Shown: positions 34,499 through 35,663 of the stretch, piece by piece
Layout: each line of letters starts with the position of its first letter
Position numbering within the stretch: the first letter of the stretch is position 1
Assembly: GCA_007123265.1 (NCBI GenBank)
Contig: SKLK01000186.1
Location: 1 to 35,663, forward strand
Reading direction: 5' to 3'
Source: Kiritimatiellia bacterium
Lineage (GTDB): Bacteria > Verrucomicrobiota > Kiritimatiellia > SLAD01
DNA length: 35,663 nt
Notes under the pieces: generated by a model
Databases searched by the model: none
What the model was told of the DNA's origin: nothing
Seen by the model: only the letters and a program-made list of their open reading frames with translations
Made by a program: the position numbers and the translations under genes

Positions 34499-35253
34499 CT
34501 GCAAGAGGTAGAGCCGCGGCGGGCCTCGTAATCCGTGCGCAGCTTGTAGAAGACTTGGGTCGTCTGATCCATGATCTCCGCATCATACGGCCGCAGTCCA
34601 CCAATCAGGAGTTTCTTGGAGCCGGTACCTTGCTCCTGGCCGTCGTCCTGAATGACAAACTCCAGGTTGGCCTCGGCGCGCTTACCATCCACCGACATAC
34701 TGGCCCCGCCAAACGTAATGTCGGACCCGGCCACATCCAGTGATTGAAGCGAAAACCCCATACTATCATAGATCACCAAGGGACGTTCCGGATTGAACAT
34801 GACCCCATGTTTTTCCATTAAAGGTTTGAGGTAATGGGGAAAGTTGTGTCCCGAGAAAGCGACGTAGCGGCGTGAAAAATCGGCGATGGCGGCCGGATCC
34901 AGTGTGCGACGGCCTTCATGCGTCGCCTCCAGATACAGTTTACCGGCCCGATCGACGACATTAATCCGCCCATCGCCGGCCTCGACAAACTGTAACCGCG
35001 CCTGGCGTCCAACCATGTTATGGAAGCGGCAGAACATCGTCTGGTACAGCCCGAATCGCTCCAACAAAATCGCAAAAAGCATATCACCCGGCACACAAAA
35101 GCGGCGGGCGTCCTCGTCATGGATCGGATTGAAATCGCCGGCCACATCCTTTGCAAAGGCACTGGCTTGCTCCGGCGTAATCGCCACGCCCTCCTCCGAC
35201 TCGCTATAATACTGCTGCCAAATCATCTGCATAGGGGTTCCTAAACCGTTCAA
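34495..35253 (-). CDS. MaoC-dehydratase-like hot-dog fold protein of unknown function
   Basis: FAKDVAGDFNPIHDEDARRF matches the (S/A)GDxNPIH hydratase-type motif. The ORF has 252 codons, or about 245 if the start is MQMIWQQYY at 35232. The 3' ends of this gene and thiE overlap by 4 nt. Confidence 0.55.
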   Translation of the reverse strand: MNGLGTPMQMIWQQYYSESEEGVAITPEQASAFAKDVAGDFNPIHDEDARRFCVPGDMLFAILLERFGLYQTMFCRFHNMVGRQARLQFVEAGDGRINVVDRAGKLYLEATHEGRRTLDPAAIADFSRRYVAFSGHNFPHYLKPLMEKHGVMFNPERPLVIYDSMGFSLQSLDVAGSDITFGGASMSVDGKRAEANLEFVIQDDGQEQGTGSKKLLIGGLRPYDAEIMDQTTQVFYKLRTDYEARRGSTSCS

Positions 35254-35318
35254 CCGCTGAAGTATCAGCTAGCAAACCGCTTCTGTCCAGCATAACTACG
35301 ACAAGCAATGGCGCCAGA

Positions 35319-35474
35319 CCAGGGTCAACACGTTCTCCGCGCTACCTCTCTTTTGGAGAACCACGTGCACACGGATTCCACCCATTTGGAGGGGCGAGCT
35401 CTGCGAGCCCGGAGGCCACACAGGACTTTCCATTTGCCAATCCACTATTGCGGCGTCGCAGAGCGCCGCCCTCC
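35319..35474. repeat. Third copy of the 121-nt repeat family, including its ~37-nt leader
   Basis: CCAGGGTCAACACGTTCTCCGCGCTACCTCTCTTTTGGAGAACCACGTGCACACGGATTCCACCCATTTGGAGGGGCGAGCTCTGCGAGCCCGGAGGCCACACAGGAC... is nearly identical to 22844-23000. The right arm has diverged (GCAGAGCGCCGCCCTCC). Confidence 0.85.
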
Positions 35475-35540
35475 CCCTAGAAAGACAACGGGTGCTGATC
35501 CGAATGACCGTTCGCGGCAATTGAACGTGTCTGGCCATCA

Positions 35541-35597
35541 TCCAAAGCGGCGCTGAGCACGTGCATATGGACTTGCGGCGCTCGGCGCCGCTTTGGA
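35541..35597. repeat. Inverted repeat of the TCCAAAGCGGCGC family, related to 7274-7307
   Basis: TCCAAAGCGGCGC (35541-35553) and GCGCCGCTTTGGA (35585-35597) are perfect 13-nt arms. The inner hairpin is GCGGCGC-TCG-GCGCCGC (35575-35591). GGACTTGCGGCGCTCGGCGCCGCTTTGGAC resembles the reverse complement of 7274-7307. Confidence 0.7.
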
Positions 35598-35663
35598 CTT
35601 CCCTAGCGTTTCCACGCGAAGGTGGGGCGAATCCTCCGGATGAGCCGAGCAAAAGAAATGATC

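Noticed and set aside
29521-34504. Long ORFs opposite comEC (29521-30174 +, 31104-31967 +, 31198-31821 +) and opposite thiM/thiE (33605-34504 -).
   Set aside because: The reason is the same: these are Arg/Pro-rich shadow frames of well-supported genes.

Overview
This is 35.7 kb of mostly high-GC bacterial DNA. PEP-CTERM proteins, a DUF1573 protein and GC-rich palindromic intergenic repeats suggest a PVC/Verrucomicrobia-like genome; this is inference, no search was run. The window starts inside an IS91-family transposase and ends in a repeat field, so it may be a whole contig. (1) Bases 1-7100 look accessory. They hold the IS91 end, a ~0.9-kb AT-richer islet with one orphan PD-(D/E)xK nuclease-like gene, and a tandem duplication of a two-gene module (secreted S8 subtilase + small PEP-CTERM protein). 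The second copy is decaying: the peptidase is 5'-truncated and the PEP-CTERM gene has an in-frame TAG. (2) 7.1-7.7 kb is a mosaic of short palindromic repeats. (3) 7.7-18.6 kb is a tightly packed minus-strand operon. It encodes a three-subunit molybdenum hydroxylase (XDH/Cox family), FdrA-like, DUF1116 (YlbE-like), a cyclase-family hydrolase, a family-III CoA-transferase and an amidase, with a convergent DUF2877 (YlbF-like) gene. I consider this the best candidate for an undescribed catabolic system and propose a cyclic ureide -> oxalurate -> oxamate -> oxalate/oxalyl-CoA route as a hypothesis. (4) 18.7-35.3 kb is mostly housekeeping or envelope genes: a secreted HEAT-repeat protein, metG, a DUF1573 protein coupled to an apparently catalytically dead S41-like peptidase, an ECF sigma/ZAS anti-sigma/msrB/aldo-keto reductase string, an orphan OmpR-type regulator with a degenerate receiver, comEC, thiD, thiM-thiE and a MaoC-like hot-dog protein. 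A 121-nt structured repeat occurs twice in tandem upstream of metG and again at the right end. No rRNA, tRNA or CRISPR array was seen. All family calls come from motif recognition by eye and need HMM or BLAST confirmation.
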